From Rhynchobatus australiae (taxonomy: Eukaryota): 64,000 nucleotides of DNA. A model generated the notes under the pieces. That model ran no database searches, was not told the origin of the DNA, and was given only the letters and a program-made list of their open reading frames with translations. Shown in pieces: positions 1-13,165 of this stretch. The position numbers were made by a program, and so were the translations under genes. The stretch spans positions 92,733,102 through 92,797,101 of the forward strand of contig JAUZTB010000107.1 in NCBI GenBank assembly GCA_034780895.1, given 5' to 3'. Position 1 is the stretch's first letter. The number at the start of each line of letters is the position of its first letter.

Positions 1-2211
1 TGAAAATATACCTCTTTAAACAAACCTTTGTTTTGTTTCATTGCATGCTTATGAAGTATTTTAGTATACTTGGCATTGATTAAAGATGCTACATAAATAT
101 AAAAGTTGCTATTGTTACCACCATTTGCTCATTAGAATAGTTCTTTTTATTTAGTATATATTTATATATATAATACATGTTTAGCACAATCTTCTTAATA
201 ACAAGGATTGTGAACCACTGAAGTTGAAAGATTATCTTGTAGCATTGGTGCATGAAACATAAGATTAGTTTTCTGCATAACAGGAAAATTATAAGGTTGT
301 TAGAAGTCTTCCATTTGTAAGTTCTTTATAACAGGACAAGCACAGTAGGATGTCACGGCAGAGTATAAAACCTGTTATTGAACCAACATGTAAACAATGA
401 TCAATTGGACTTTGATACAAAACAGCTTTGTGTCATGTCGTAAAGCCACCTCATCTTCTGAACTGCATTCTATATGTTATTCTCTTTACATTCCTTATAA
501 AAATGATTTCTAATATTGCTAGAAATAATGGGCAGTTTTGTACTGGACCCATTCTGCACCTTGTGCTCACTCTCCCCGATCCACATCTCCACAGCTGCAC
601 GAACCTTTTGTGACTCCATGGGACAAATTGATCTTCTGGGCTTACAGCAGAGTCTTCCCATGAAATACAGTGGTCAACAAGCAGCAACTAGGCCTCAGTA
701 GCAGATCCTGAGGTCCCATCCCCAGACCACCCTAATAACCTTTCGACAATTTGTGAAATCAAAGCCCCTTTCAACTAATTGAAGCTGATAGCCATTTAAA
801 AAAATGTCATTTAAAAGACAGATATAATTGATATAAATTAATTAAGGTCATTAGGAATTAAATTAAATAAGCCTTTCCAATGGAGTTTGTTGACCCCATT
901 GAAGTGAATGGGGCTACAAAACATATTCCAGCCATGGCTGGTGTAAAGGGGAGGATTAGTTATAAAATGTATTTGGCTCCTCCCTCAGCTGGACTGAGCG
1001 CTCACTGGAATTAGTGCTGAGCTCTACAATGGAACTGGAGATCAGTTACACTGATCTCTGCCATACAATGAGGCATACAAGGAGGAACACCCTGAGGGTT
1101 GTTAGCCTGTGGTCCTCCCCAGAACCATCAACTAAAGAGGAGTACCATCTGGGCCAACAAAGGTGACAAATCAATGTGCTGTGTCGAGTATGTTGGCAGC
1201 ATATGACAATCAGGAAAAATTGCAAAGAGGCTGTATTCCACATTTGAAAAAAATAACAAGAGTATCAATATAAGGATGCTTACATTCCACATGTGGAATA
1301 TTATTTTTACCTATTAGCTTCATTATAATTTATCAAATTACATAACCAACCATTAGGATATAATGTATTAACAGGTCCACTGCCACATTATTATCAATTG
1401 TTAGTTATCACACAATTATAAAACTGCTTTCAGAAATTGATCTTCATACATTAGCAATTCTGCACCAACCATCAAATATATTGTAGGCTTCTAATTAGTT
1501 AATAGGCATTGCAGGTAGTAAAAGCACCAGATATGAAGTGAAATAGGAAAAAAATTGTGGACATAAATTCAATTGTATCTCGAGTTATGTAGTTAGTTAC
1601 TGAGGCACCTCCNNNNNNNNNNNNNNNNNNNNNNNNNNNNNNNNNNNNNNNNNNNNNNNNNNNNNNNNNNNNNNNNNNNNNNCCAGGAACTTCTTACCAA
1701 GTATGTTAAAGTACTCACTACACTAGAAGTTAATAGAAGTAAATGTTCATCTTGCCACATAATTGTCATTGCAAATCAGTCAACTATGAACTCCAACAGC
1801 TATGAAGTCCTTTGTGATATATGCAAAGTGATAAATGAATGCAATCTTTGATTTGACTTTCATTGTGACTGATTTCAACAGACATAGAGGTACTATAATA
1901 CTGATAGGGAAGATAAGGGCAGTCAATTGGTGAAGCTGCTCTTACATTTGCATGGTCTGTTCAAAAGCTACTCTCTATACCAGACAAATATGCTTACCCA
2001 CAAAGTACCAACTTGAAGTTTTCTGTTTTGTTTGCATTGGGATAGAACTAAATGTTCAGTACACCAAGAGAATGACAACATTCAAAACCTAACCACTTCT
2101 TGAATATGTTTGTTAATCACATAACAAAAATTCAAACACATTCCAAACCAGAAATTTCTAGAAATAACACATGCCCTTTGACAATGGACGTGATATAAAT
2201 TATGTACTTAC
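1..2211 (-). other. MECOM: Start of intron 2 of MECOM
   Basis: Begins with a consensus GTAAGT donor (minus strand) at 2211. Confidence 0.8.
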
Positions 2212-2549
2212 TTCCCAGCCTTGAGAAGGATCCTTCAAGCTTGACAACTCTTCTCCAACATAAGGGCCAAGCTTTTCACCCACTTCAATCTTTCTCTTAG
2301 TCCATATTCCTAATCCAGCACCTGGGATGCTTGACTCGCGGAGTTCAAATTCTTGTGGAATGGGAATGTCATCAGGGATGTAGATGGGAGCTTTGTAAGG
2401 GGAGCCCTCCTTTGGTGTAAAGTCTTCATTCGATGTGGCAGGTGAGGAAAGATCATGGGCACTGAGGGACAGGTGGCCCGTCTCTTCATCAGCGTTCGGC
2501 TCCTCTTCTGCTGCAGTTGCTGAGTACCCATCATACAGGCTGTCATCAC
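2212..2549 (-). CDS. MECOM: Internal coding exon (exon 2 equivalent) of MECOM/MDS1-EVI1 (PRDM3); N-terminal part of the PR/SET domain
   Basis: Minus strand: acceptor tttctaattAG|GT at 2551/2550 and donor GAA|GTAAGT at 2211. 338 nt = 2 nt + 112 open codons: [112 protein letters not shown]. Aligns without indels to recalled human MDS1-EVI1 ([78 protein letters not shown]) and is closer to it than to PRDM16. Confidence 0.95.
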
Positions 2550-5500
2550 CTAATTAGAAAGAGGAATTCGAAATAGTGAATTAGAAAGACTGCAACCCAA
2601 AGATCATGATAACAATGATGAATAATCTTTCATTCAATCTGGAGTGAAGTGAGGGTATTGTAGTCAGTCCAGAAAATAGTGATAATCAGTCAACATTGGA
2701 GAATTGTCATTCTAAATATCAAAGCTATCTGGCCTGAAGTGAAAAATTGGGATCATCAAGAGCAGCAGAGGAAATGCGGGATAAAAAGAGTGAACCAAAA
2801 TCGTTTTGAATATGTGGACATCAACGTTGAAACAAGACTGAGTCACTCCATGGATCTAAACTGGGGAATCTGAAGATAGAAACTTGATGTGAAATTGGCC
2901 ATAGTGACTGGAAACAACAGAAAAAGGGAGGAAAATATCTGGCTTGTCATCTTTTAGATTAATCATTCATAAAATATTAATGAATTCCACACTATAGCAT
3001 TCTAAGCCTCACCATATATGTTATAAAATCATGTATTATGTATCAACAAAATAAGTGAGTCTCACAGTGGCAGTGCCAGTACTGCATTGACATCTCCTGA
3101 TAATTGACTGAATAAAAAGCTCAAATATTTCCTCATTAATTGAACCGTTTTGTAAGGTATAACAGACTGACTAATCTGGGAAAGACCTTATTAAACCGCA
3201 CAAAATCACAACTTGAGTAAATGTGTCAGGAGTAATCAACATTCTTATTCTCTTGTTACTTTCCTGTTATCCTTTCGCAGTAAAAGCTCATCAGCTCTCA
3301 AAGCATCGTAAAGTATGAGAATATTCACACCCCAAAGATTCAGATAGTACAGGCTTAAAAAATTACTCCTTCATGTCAGCCTGCTGGTTAACATTATTAA
3401 ACATCAGTCAGAGCCTGTTAGATTCTACACAAATAGAGCATACATTGCAGCATTATGATTTTCCCTATCAAAGTGAACTTTGAATCTGAAACAATGTCAT
3501 ATTATTTCTTCATCTGAAATGGTCACTGTTTTGCTTTGGTAAAGGAACAGTTTCTCTACCAGTTGAGTTTCCTGAAAAGGTGTTTTCATATTCCCCCAAT
3601 TTCAGCTCTGATCACAGAAGATATAAATCTTTTCTATTAGACATCCTATTGGTCCATTTCCCATCAGCGAAGTTACAGAAATCAGTGCAAGTCATCATCG
3701 TTGGTATCATCAATGACCCCTGTGACCCACAAGTGCTATCAGCTGCTGCTTCCAATGTATAATTTAAAAGTCTACATTCACAATTCTATTCCCAGGACGA
3801 AAGTCATCCATACTACTTTCTCCTTTATGTGACAGTGAAGCTAAGTTTCAATTATCCCAACATTCCCCTGAAACTCTTTTTTTTAAAGCTATTCAGAAGA
3901 TTTGTTTTTTGCTGTTAAAAGATTCTCAGTTTAAAATGATTTTCATTGAGCACTGGCTGTGTAATGTTCAAAACTCAATTAATGCACAAAGAACACTTTT
4001 CACTCTTGTCACGCTTTCAGATCAATCTCCTGGCAATTCTTAAAAGTTCCACTTAACTATCATATTTTTAAATCATTTCATATATAATTGGTGGGAATTG
4101 GTCTTTCTGGATGTCCTGTAATGATTTTATCATAATACTTGCAACAGACTTCCATATTTTTATAACTTTCATGTTTATAATTCATTCTCTGGATACTTTG
4201 TGTCAGGTTGAGGTGTCATAACCGATATAGGTGGTGACATAATCATGATGATATCTTCATCATCTGTTAGCATTCTGCAGTGTGGGATTGCTTTCCTTCA
4301 CCACTTACCCCCTTCCCCATAATCATAGATTCGACTTCTAGCCAATGCTCAGTCCAGCTGTTCAGTGAAGAATCATTCAGTGCAGACAGGTGCAGATGGA
4401 AAACAGGATGACTGCCTGACTTCTGCTGAACCAACTACCAACCAAGCAGCCAACTATGTTACAACAGCCTTGATCATTAGATACAAGCAACTCGGCAGCA
4501 TCCACTGTGCTAAACTGATAGGAGGCCAAGCTTACATGGCAGGTTGTTACAGGAGTGTTTAAATAACATTGATTTAGTCTCAACAATATAAGGAAATATT
4601 TAGCAGAGCTAAGTTTCCAAAACAATGCTTCTCTCTTTTTTTGAATGTTTAAATGATCACATCTGATGTAAAAGAAACAGATTTTTCTTCTGTGTTGGGT
4701 AACCATAAGGAGACGCTGACTTGAATAAAAAATAGCTAGCAGGCTCCTGTTGTTTTGACAGAAAGACCATGTCACACACAAGTTACGTGGTGAAGTACTT
4801 TGACAAAACTCACACCGTCAGATCCTGTGGTTTAAATAAGCGAGCAAAAGGGTCTCAAATGCTCTTTCATGAGCTTGTTTCAGTTACACTGATGTAACAG
4901 TGCAAATGTAAGACGGAATCTCCGGCTTGGTGTCTGCTTTTCATTGTCGAGCACTGGGGCCTGTTTACTCAAATTCATGCTTCCAGCTGGGATCCTCCGC
5001 TACCAGGAATGCTCATTGGAAATTCGGTGATTATTCAATCATTTACATTAACGTTTGGAATGTTATGCTCAGCCACCCCTAGTTTTCCAATGTGCAGACG
5101 TGCCAGGTGACATGACCTGCGGCATGAAGTTGGAAAATTCTCACTCTGACCTTCACTATTAACATTCATTATTAAAGGGTATCAAAATGATTCATAATTA
5201 ATATTTTTCTGATATACTCTTATTAACTTTGGTTCTTGTGGAGCCTCTTTTTGCTTTCATTTCTCTCCTCCTCTGAGGTGATCATGTTGGTCATAACAAA
5301 TATTCTTACCAATGTCACAATATCTACCTGTATGAATTTCCAGGGACATCGATTCAATTCTTTACAGATTTATAGTGAAGTCGTGCAAAATTTGTACAAC
5401 CATTCATCAAGGTTTCCTGTTGCTGCTCTTTCTCTTGGGCATCTCATTCTGCTTGAGACGAGAGACTAGAGTGATGTTATCAAGCTGATAACTCAGCACT

Positions 5501-5866
5501 GTAGAATCTAATCATTTCATTACTCTTCAATGGGCTATTTTACCATGAAAAGCATCACAAACAAGCCTGATCCCATCCTCACCTGCTTCTCCAGCAGGGA
5601 TTTCTGAGTTCAATTACACTGTGAATCATCTCCCTTTCTTGGCAGAGGAAAGATGCCAATTCATCCTGGAACCTTGGGCTCAGCAATTCGTTTACCCACT
5701 AAACCTCCTAAATCTTTTAAGAACTAATATGGTGTAATTTAGATGTACCATTATAAGTTGCTCTATTGGGAGACTGATGTAAAATAAAGTCAAAAATATC
5801 ACATCCAAGCATCCAGTGTTACAAGGAATTGCTATGGTTGCTGCTAGAGATTTATGTTGAAAAAGG

Positions 5867-5868
<2 letters not shown>

Positions 5869-5918
<50 letters not shown>
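5869..5918. repeat. (GT)n microsatellite
   Basis: Uninterrupted run of about 24 GT units. Confidence 0.98.
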
Positions 5919-5920
<2 letters not shown>

Positions 5921-7274
5921 CTGCACGTGAAAGATACCATTTCGTATTTCACTATCAGGATTAGCCTCTTGCTCAAATGTGTGAATATGGATAATTTCAG
6001 TAACTGGATATAAAATTACATCATCTTTTGTCAATATAGTATGAACATAGATGGATCAGGGTGAAGTGTTTCTAAATGTGCCCTCAGTCACTGCGGCACG
6101 ATGAAGAGCTTCCTTCAACTATCTGTTCAATGAAAAGTTTACCTGATTTATTGTGAATATTATTGTAACTGACAAGAATTGGAGAACAGAGATGTTTCAC
6201 TAGCAAGCAAAGAGAAATCAGGTAACGGCTTTTCCACCCATCATTAATGCAGTATGTAGAGATCAGCGGCATTTCATTATTAAGCTTTTTTCTACTGATG
6301 AGCGATTAGCAAGCAGAACATGCCTCTCACCCTGCTTGCCATGTCACAGCAACTTGCCTTAATACACAGCTTTCCTGCTGAAGTTTAAAACTTCTCAGTG
6401 GGATTTTCATCCAGATGGCAAGAGGCATGCAGGTTTAAAATGCAGCATGTGAGTGAGGGCAAGGTCTGCCTCTCGAGGCGTAATTAGTCCAAGCAGAGGA
6501 TGGGTGCTGGTGGTGGACTCGAGCAACTCATCCTCAGCAGGTGACGTCTGGCAACATCCGTTTCAGTCGCCATCACCATGGGAGCCCAAAAACTTCCAAC
6601 AGACCAGAATGATGTTATCAAGCTGCAGAGCTCAGGACTGTAGATCAGAGAGTACAAATCATTAATCCTTCCTGACATTGGCATCCTGGACAAGCCCTTG
6701 GAGATGTTTATGACTTGGAGTTCTGGCTGATTTCCACAGAACAACTGTACCAGTGCTACATGTGAAACAAAGGCGTTTCTCCAATACAATATGTCACATA
6801 TGAGGTTTAATGCTGTACTACTTTTTTTTCCCCTGGAGTCACAGATAAAGATCCGACCCCATTTGAGTGTTGTAAATATGATAATATTTGGGAAAAGTGT
6901 GCCTGATATAATGGTTGAGAAGAAATTAAAAATGACAAAGATACTCAGGGTGATTAGCAAGTGCAGTGACCTGATGGAAAGAAATCAATAGCAGGAAAAA
7001 GGAAGAGCAATTGGAAAAATAATAGTGATAAAAAATATAAAGAAAGGGAAATACTTGGGTGCTGGATATCATATTTATTGAAGGCTTGATACACCTGAAG
7101 ACTGATTTTCCCAAATTGTTCTGTGTTTAGTATTGCCTTATTTCAAACAATATGAATCACTGTAGTGTGGATTTAGGATTCTAGAAAATGTGCCCTGTAT
7201 CAAATTAGTGCAGAATGACAAAAACAATTGACATATTTTATATTTTCTGCTACTTCAGGATGATTAACTCTGGA

Positions 7275-7621
7275 CATTCATTAAACATTCTTTCCTTTCA
7301 CCACCAGTGCACTGTGACTGCCACATGTATCATCCCGAGAAAGCACTCCAGTTACTGACCAAAGCTATCCCAATTCTACCAAACTCCAAAAGGGGCACTG
7401 GTTCATGGGAATTCCATCATTGCAGGGAATTTCCTTAAAGTCATGTGCTATCCTGATTTAGAAATGTGTTTCTTTCCTTCATCATCATTGGGTCTAAATT
7501 CTAGAAGGGATTCAAGAAGGTTGCTCACCCTTACTCTCTCAAGTGTAACTAGGGATGGGCAATCAATGTTGGCCTTAGCAGCAATATCCAAATCCTGAAA
7601 AATAAACAAATTAAAAAAAAA
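7275..7621 (+). mobile_element. 3' end of a CR1/L2-group LINE (family A here)
   Basis: ttcaagaaggttgctcacc...tctcaag...tagggatgggcaatcaatgttggcc followed by an A-rich tail; homologous to 23870-24090 (-) and 37590-38310 (+). Confidence 0.7.
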
Positions 7622-10059
7622 CTGTGCCCTGGTGATACACTTAAAGCTGACGTATCAACACTGATTTGTGTAAAAATCTAATCTCATAATAATCTCTTTA
7701 ATAAGTCAATGTGACATTTCTCATACAATGTTACTTTGGATTTATTCCCAGCTCAAATATTAATAAATTTCATCTTTGACACAAGTGGTTAGATACTTTA
7801 ATTCCTGTTCACCAGCTTACTTTTCTGAGAAGATGAAAACTGCTCTAGCATTGCTCTAACATTTCCAATGTCGTGTATCTATCGAGTAGTATGTTATGAT
7901 TCTATTATTTAGTTCATATCAGTGGCACCCATACTCCATTAAATATTTATTGACTGAATAATCACTACCTAATAGCTTATGCTCTCCTGCTGCCAGTTTC
8001 TTCTCCGGAGAATGTGCTTGTGTTTAACTCTCCAGGGATCAGGTCAAAGTAAGGGTAGCGTAGTTTAGTGACATAAAGAATTCTAAAATAAGGGCCTTAT
8101 TAGCAATGTTGTGCTCTTCATGGGCTTTGAGTTTCAATCTTTCAATAAACATTGTTTCTGCAAAAATACCTTCTTCCCCAACCTGATATTTGAAAGATTC
8201 ATGAGATGAGAGCCGAAAAATAATTTTCTCCCTGACAGTGGTGCACAAGAAACTGGCATGGATTTACACTGTAGGTTTAGGAGCAGCAAACATACACAGA
8301 AAATTAAGTGTGATGCACTAAACTAAGTGAAACTGAGTACATCTTGGTCCTTTTTACCCCAGGGTTAAACTCCTCTGATTTCAGATTGAAGAAATTACTT
8401 TGCAACAGTTCTAATTTAAATATATGCTTAAACAGCAATTTAATATTTGAAACATACAAAAAGTGAGTGTAACTTTGTGTTTATAAAAAGTGAAGAATAC
8501 TAATGACAGGGAATGCAACAATTTACCTTTGATGTTCAGTATCACAAATTCACCAGTCAGATACAGCTTGGGATACTTCCAAGCTGCTGAAGCCCTTTCT
8601 ATTTTATCCCAACAACCAGCCATTCACAGAGGAGCAGACCTAGTACATCACTTTGACATTTCATTTCCTACAACAGCTCTTCTTTGCGGGGGTGGGGGGG
8701 CAGATTTTCTCTGTCACACTTTGTTGTAAAATTATAAGCTGGTGCATAAAGAACGCATTCGTGATTTCACTACAAGTAGTGAACAGATTGGCTTCCCTGA
8801 AAAGCACTCCAATTAGTCCCAATTAGTCTGTTTTGTGGTCAGTGTGAAATCACATTCACTGACACCCGAACTAAGATTAGTCAAAATCTTTTTAATTGAG
8901 ATTTTCACACCCTCCAGGAAGAGGAAACTTTCATTCCACTGGCCTGGGCTGGATTTGAATTGAGTCCCAAAATGAGAATCATTAGAAGATGACATTGAAG
9001 CTTCCACAAGTTTATTTCTATTGATACCATTCCATCATAATGCAAGTGTTAGGCCACTGTCCAAGGTACAGGTGCAGGAAACTTTCATGCTAACTGACTA
9101 CCTGCATTCCAATCTGACACCAAAAGGTGAAAGGACAATGGTTTAAATTACTGTCTGCCTGGTCCTGCACATTTTTGTTTGCTTAAAGTTGTTCCTTGTT
9201 AATATAGTCAAAACAAAAATGTCCAAATGTACGTGCAATGACTCTGAGAAGGTCTGAGATCCTGGTGGTGATTTTGAGATCAACCTCCACCCCACCCCCC
9301 ACTGATGTTGTACAGTGACAACAGTTTATAGACTTTGGCTTGTCGTAGGGCTGGGATAACTGCAGTCCAGTGGGCACATCTCTGGTGCTAATCCTACTAA
9401 TTCAGTTGGAAAACTGTCCTCATCCCACTTCAACGGTACACAATGGTGCCTGTGGTGCAGGCTAGAGGAGCTGAGGATACTATTTCTCCTTCTAATTCGT
9501 ATGCTTGTTATTCCAATATATCCTTTCTTAAATGAATCTGTTCACTCCTTTATCTGGACCCCTCCTCCCACAATTGACTTTGAAATGGCACATCTTTGTC
9601 TCTCTTGACCTCTCAGTCTCAAGGTCCTTTCCGAACTGTGGGAAGAAAAACTCCCAGCATCAGGATATCTCACCACTGACTTTACTTCTTTGGCATCAAG
9701 GGGCAGATGAGGATTCCAAATTGTACAATGCCAGATTATTCCTTTCAGAGTCATCATAAAGCTGATCTTTTCCGTGCATTTTATTGAAACTGAGAGTCCT
9801 GCACAATCTTCAAGGAATGTTTCTTGGAAAATTGCCCACAATCTTCCACTGAAGGAAAATTGTGAGTCATGCACCTACAATTTCCCTAACTGGCTCCTGG
9901 TGAACATTACTCCCCATAAGAACAATTGGATCATGGTCAACACATTTATCTCAAGGCTTAATGATTCAAAATAACAGAATGAAACCAGAAAGGTTTAAAA
10001 TTGAAATATTGCCTAACTCATAGCCAATGCAGGCCAACAAGCACAACAATGATGGATGA

Positions 10060-10375
10060 ATGGGGCTTTTGATACAAGTTAGGACACGAGGAATAGAGTA
10101 TTGGATGATCTGGGTGGGGTCACAAGAAATGCAATGGGACTTTCAAGTCTGTTGGTAACAAAGGTATGGAGAAGTATTTTAGCATCAGATGAGAACAAGG
10201 TGGAATGAAGTAATGTTACAGAAATCTCAGGTGTTAATCCTCACCTTGTGAAGGTGAGGATTTGTGATCTCAAGATCATCTCTGGATTAAATGTGAAATG
10301 TGGGTTATAAACTTTGATTCTGTTTCAGGCAGTTGCCAATGGGATGGAATCAGTCATAGGGAATGGGACTGCATC
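10060..10375 (-). mobile_element. Degenerate L2-like LINE fragment
   Basis: Purine-rich decayed sequence resembling 51590-52130; recognised by recall of elasmobranch L2-type repeats. Confidence 0.45.
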
Positions 10376-10379
10376 AAGG

Positions 10380-10476
10380 ATGCACTCCAGTTTTGGACTC
10401 CTCTATTCTGGGAAAAGACCATGCCTATTCATCTTATCCAAGCCCCTCATGATTTTATAAACCTCTAGAAGGTCAA
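10380..10476 (-). mobile_element. Short CR1 LINE fragment
   Basis: ctgggaaaagac...cccctcatgattttataaacctctagaaggtca closely matches 17783-17846 in the minus-strand CR1. Confidence 0.75.
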
Positions 10477-10669
10477 CAGAATGACATTGACTCCAACAAT
10501 TGGGAGGGACTTTGGAACAACATCACCTGTCCACTGAAATTAATTCTGTTTTATGTTTGCTCCATGACAATATGAAAGACATGATACCATCCAAAGGAAA
10601 TACAACAGAGCCAATCTCAGTGAAGATAAATAAAACAGTATAATTCCCCATTGTTTCAATCTTTCTCAC

Positions 10670-11638
10670 CACATGTCCCACATGGCAGACTGGTCCAGAA
10701 GGTTAGAACACATAGGAACAAGGGTGAGCTGACCAATTGGATACAAGATTGGCTTGGTGGTAGGAGGCAGAGGGTGGTAGTGGAAGGTTGCTTTTCAGTT
10801 TGGAGGCCTGTGACCAGTAGTGTGTCACAGGGATGGGTGCTGAATCCACTGTTTGTCATATATATTAATGGTTTAGATGAGAATGTAAGTGACATGACTG
10901 GTAAGTTTACAGATGACAACAAAACAGGCTGTTTAGTGGACAGTGAAGAAGATTGTCCAAGCTTGCAACAGGATATTGATAAACTGGGGAAATAGACAAA
11001 GAAATGGCAGGTCGAATTTAACTCAGACAAGTGTAAATGGAAAGTTAAATCAGGGCAACACGTACCCAGTTTAAGACACAGCCCTGGGAAGTGTGGTTAA
11101 ACAGAGAGACTGAGGGGTATAAGTACATAGATCCCTGAAAATAGCAAAACAGGTAGACGGGATGATGAAGAAGATATATGGCACGCTTGCCTTCATCGTC
11201 TGAGGCATTGAATACAAGTGTTGGGATGTCATGTTACAGTTATATGAAACACTAGCTAGGCTGCACTTGGAGCACTGCGTGCAGTTCTGGTTGCCACACA
11301 ACAGAAATGATGTGATTAATCTGGAGAGGGTGCAGAAATGATTCACAAGGATGTTGTCTGGATTGGAGGGCTTGAGTTATAAGGAGAGGTTGGATTGGCT
11401 GGGTGTGTTTTCCTTGGAGCAAAGGAGCCTGAGGTGACACAAAGAGTAATTGGTATCTGGAATGAATGCCATAGGAGGTGGTGAAAGCAGCTACAGTAAC
11501 AATGCTTAATAGGCTTCTGGACAGGTTCATGAATAAGCATGGCATATGGAGTTAATGCGGGCAAGTTGGATTAGTATAGGTAGGCATGATGGTTGGCATA
11601 GATGCAGCAGTCTGAAGGGCCTGTTTCAGTGCTGTACC
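10670..11638 (+). mobile_element. 5'-truncated CR1 (HER1-like) LINE, RT C-terminus plus 3' UTR, pseudogenised
   Basis: VPHGRLVQKV...WIQDWLGGRRQRVVVEG...VTSSVSQGWVLNPLFVIYINGLD...KFTDD (decayed RT motifs); ends ctgaagggcctgtttcagtgctgta. Confidence 0.93.
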
Positions 11639-11639
11639 T

Positions 11640-12730
11640 GCTGATTCGATGGCAAGGTGCAACTCACCTCCAATAAGAATCCCAGGAGCCTGAACCTAAT
11701 GTTAAAAGCTAATGGGAAACCATTCAACCTACAGCAAATATACTCCTGAACCAAGGTCACCTAAACCGCAGTATTTGAGCTGTAGTGTGCAGATGATGCT
11801 TGCATTTGCACATGCTCAGAGACTGAGCTCCAAGTCAGTCTGCACTGGTTTACTGAAGTATATGAGAGAATTGGCCTCACAATCAATGTCTACATGATAA
11901 GGTCCTCTACTAACCTGCCCCCACTGCAACAACTCTCCTCCAAAAATAGAGCAAGATCCTGGAAAGCCTGGACTACTTCCTATATTTTAGGAGCCATCTC
12001 TCAGGGAAGGCAGACATCATAACCACGATCACAGCTTCTGGTCTTCTGATGAAAAGGGTATTGAAAAACAAGATTTCATACCTAGCACAAAACTCATGGT
12101 CCACTGAGCAGCAGTGATCTCTGCCCTCCCATATGCTTCTGAGACCAGGACTATTTGCAGTAGGGAGCTCAGGGCACTGTAAAAATATCACCGGTGCTGT
12201 CTTTGCAAAATCCTCCAAATTCACGGGAAGGATGAATGAACCAACATCAGTGTACTCTCCCAGGTCAATATCACTGAGGCCCACATCACACTCAGCTGAC
12301 TACTTTGGACTGGTCACAGCTTTTGCAAGATATCCTATTGTGAGATCTGTTTTAAGAAGAGTTTACCAGGTGAATAAAGAGAAAAAAAGATTCTAGGATG
12401 TGCTTAAAGCCTCCTTTAAGAAATGAAATATCCCACTGACTCCCAGGAATCTCTGACCCATTACTGCTCAAAGTGGAGAAGGAACATTTGGGATGGTATT
12501 GGGAACCTCATGTCCATGCACTGGCAGTGTACAGAAACCCTGTGTAAGTGGCAGAGGCAGCACACACTTCAGAAAACACACACAACTATTCACCCCATCA
12601 GCCACCTCCTGCCCCATGATGAAAGAGTCCATAGTTCTCCTATTTGTCTTATTACCTACCTCAGAACATAAACACTGAAGTGGAAGAAAAGCATCCAAAA
12701 AATCCTTAGGGACAGCCCAAGAAGAAGATT
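11640..12730 (+). mobile_element. Degenerate RTE-clade LINE (RT C-terminus to 3' tail)
   Basis: Frameshifted pieces read gcagatgat (xADD), DYFLYFRSHLSGKAD, STKLMV, AVISALPYASET, KILQIHG, typical of the RTE ORF C-terminus; ends in a (GAA)n-like tail ccaagaagaaga. Confidence 0.75.
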
Positions 12731-12844
12731 ATTTCAGATGGGCTGGATTACAAGAGGGAAAAAGTGATGCTCTGGTTTTTATATCGCCTTGGTCCGAATT
12801 TGTTTGAAACCCTGCAACTTCATCAGAATAGTATTGGGTCTTTA

Positions 12845-13165
12845 ACGAGCTGAAGAGTGATCTGTTGATGTTCTGAAAGTAATAATGGAATTCAAGAAGG
12901 CAGAGAGAAAATATTTCCTCTGATAGGGGAATGAAGTGGACATGGTCCTAAGTTAGGGTTGTTTCTGTAAAGGATAGCATAGAGCTGAGACTCGTGCCCC
13001 CAAAAGAGTAAGAATGATGGGTTAGCTGAAAATTTGAGGTTGATATTTTTTGTTGGAGAAGGTTATCAAGGAATTACGCAACATCGGCCAGAAATATAGT
13101 CAACCATAGTGAGCCATTGATTGGTGAACTGGTCATCAGGAAATGAAAGACTTATCCCCTGGTTT
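12845..13165 (+). mobile_element. Highly decayed CR1 3' end
   Basis: gagctgaagagtgatctgttgatgttc (LxxDLxxVF-like) followed by 3' UTR-like sequence similar to the other CR1 tails. Confidence 0.5.

Noticed and set aside
2310-2549. 79-aa ORF-track peptide [11 protein letters not shown]...
   Set aside because: It is an alternative frame of the MECOM exon; the true frame is offset and open through to the donor at 2211.
5692-6034. ORFs with HTHTHT runs
   Set aside because: Translation of the (GT)n microsatellite.
6484-6960. 158-aa minus-strand ORF
   Set aside because: Hydrophobic low-information translation of AT-rich DNA with no recognisable domain or convincing splice sites.
9542-9974. Possible Harbinger transposase remnant (HDS motif)
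   Set aside because: Only a three-residue resemblance; no other catalytic motif could be recovered.
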